NCBI GenBank assembly: GCA_964435575.1
Contig: CAYSZS010000005.1
Location: 1 to 50,446, forward strand
DNA: 50,446 nt
Direction of reading: 5' to 3'
Source of the DNA: an uncultured Gammaproteobacteria bacterium
Lineage (GTDB): Bacteria > Patescibacteriota > Microgenomatia > UBA8517
The notes under the pieces were generated by a model. The model was not told the origin of the DNA. It saw only the letters and a program-made list of their open reading frames with translations, and did not search any database. Position 1 is the stretch's first letter; each line of letters opens with the position of its first letter. Both the position numbers and the translations under genes were made by a program. Positions 50,128 through 50,446 of this stretch are shown here, piece after piece.

Positions 50128-50413
50128 ACCAGGCTTTATTTCTTAATTCTTCAGCTATTTTTGCGGCCGATTTGTTTTTCCAATCCTTTCTATTTTTGTG
50201 TAATCCAATGAAAGGATGAGACATAATATTGTCCAGCGATCTCTTTTTTGGCCTTGTCTTAACTATCTTGTATTTGTCTGGATTTGCGATAATAGCAGTA
50301 TCTTTGCCATTTTTTGTTACTAATAGAGGTTTTACTTTGGCTAGCTCGAGATAGTCAGACAATTTGTGTTGCAGTTCCCTAACAGAAACTTTTGTATGAT
50401 CGCTCATATACAA
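50117..50413 (-). CDS. Phd/YefM-type antitoxin
   Basis: VSVRELQHKLSDYLELAKVKPLLVTKNGKDTAIIANPDKY. Confidence 0.75.
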   Translation of the reverse strand: MYMSDHTKVSVRELQHKLSDYLELAKVKPLLVTKNGKDTAIIANPDKYKIVKTRPKKRSLDNIMSHPFIGLHKNRKDWKNKSAAKIAEELRNKAWYGK

Positions 50414-50446
50414 AGTCTAACATTTGTTAGACAATTGTCAAGTATA

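Noticed and set aside
1-50446. CRISPR arrays, rRNA genes, transposases, integrases, prophage blocks and inteins in the large polymerase genes
   Set aside because: No regularly spaced direct repeats, rRNA-like conserved segments, DDE/tyrosine-recombinase motifs or intein blocks were seen on either strand.

Overview
This 50.4 kb window is dominated by the core transcription/translation locus: rpoB-rpoC, rpsL-rpsG-fusA-tuf-rpsJ, then the S10/spc/alpha ribosomal-protein clusters through rplM-rpsI. All of these are on the + strand. Accessory genes flank it on both sides. On the left are mltG, a T-box leader, an odd tRNA-like gene and an uncharacterised HAD / BtpA-kinase / tRNA-binding operon. On the right are a wHTH-Nudix gene, an ECF-type sigma factor, a mevalonate-pathway/UppS cluster, pepF, a ZIP transporter, TauE, two toxin-antitoxin pairs, HD, SPFH, HPS-like, tRNA-Pro, HIT and YecM-like genes.

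Several hallmarks suggest, by inference only, a Candidate Phyla Radiation (Patescibacteria)-type genome:
- rpmD (L30) is absent.
- Ribosomal proteins carry Lys-rich tails.
- L2 is N-terminally short.
- tRNA-Pro lacks an encoded CCA.
- Conserved operons are interrupted by small opposite-strand inserts.

Most interesting observations:
1. A canonical T-box antiterminator/terminator switch lies upstream of a non-canonical tRNA-like gene and an uncharacterised operon, not upstream of an aaRS gene.
2. A conserved two-hairpin leader motif abuts the ATG of rpsG, tuf and rpmJ.
3. A roughly 50-nt structured repeat is present twice, upstream of rpoB and between rpsS and rplV.
4. A four-copy LExxWW helical repeat is shared by the UppS C-terminal extension and the neighbouring free-standing protein.
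5. Two conserved genes each carry a single in-frame TAG, although TAG clearly acts as a stop elsewhere.

No rRNA, CRISPR array, transposase or integrase was seen. All product calls rest on motif recognition by eye; no searches were run.
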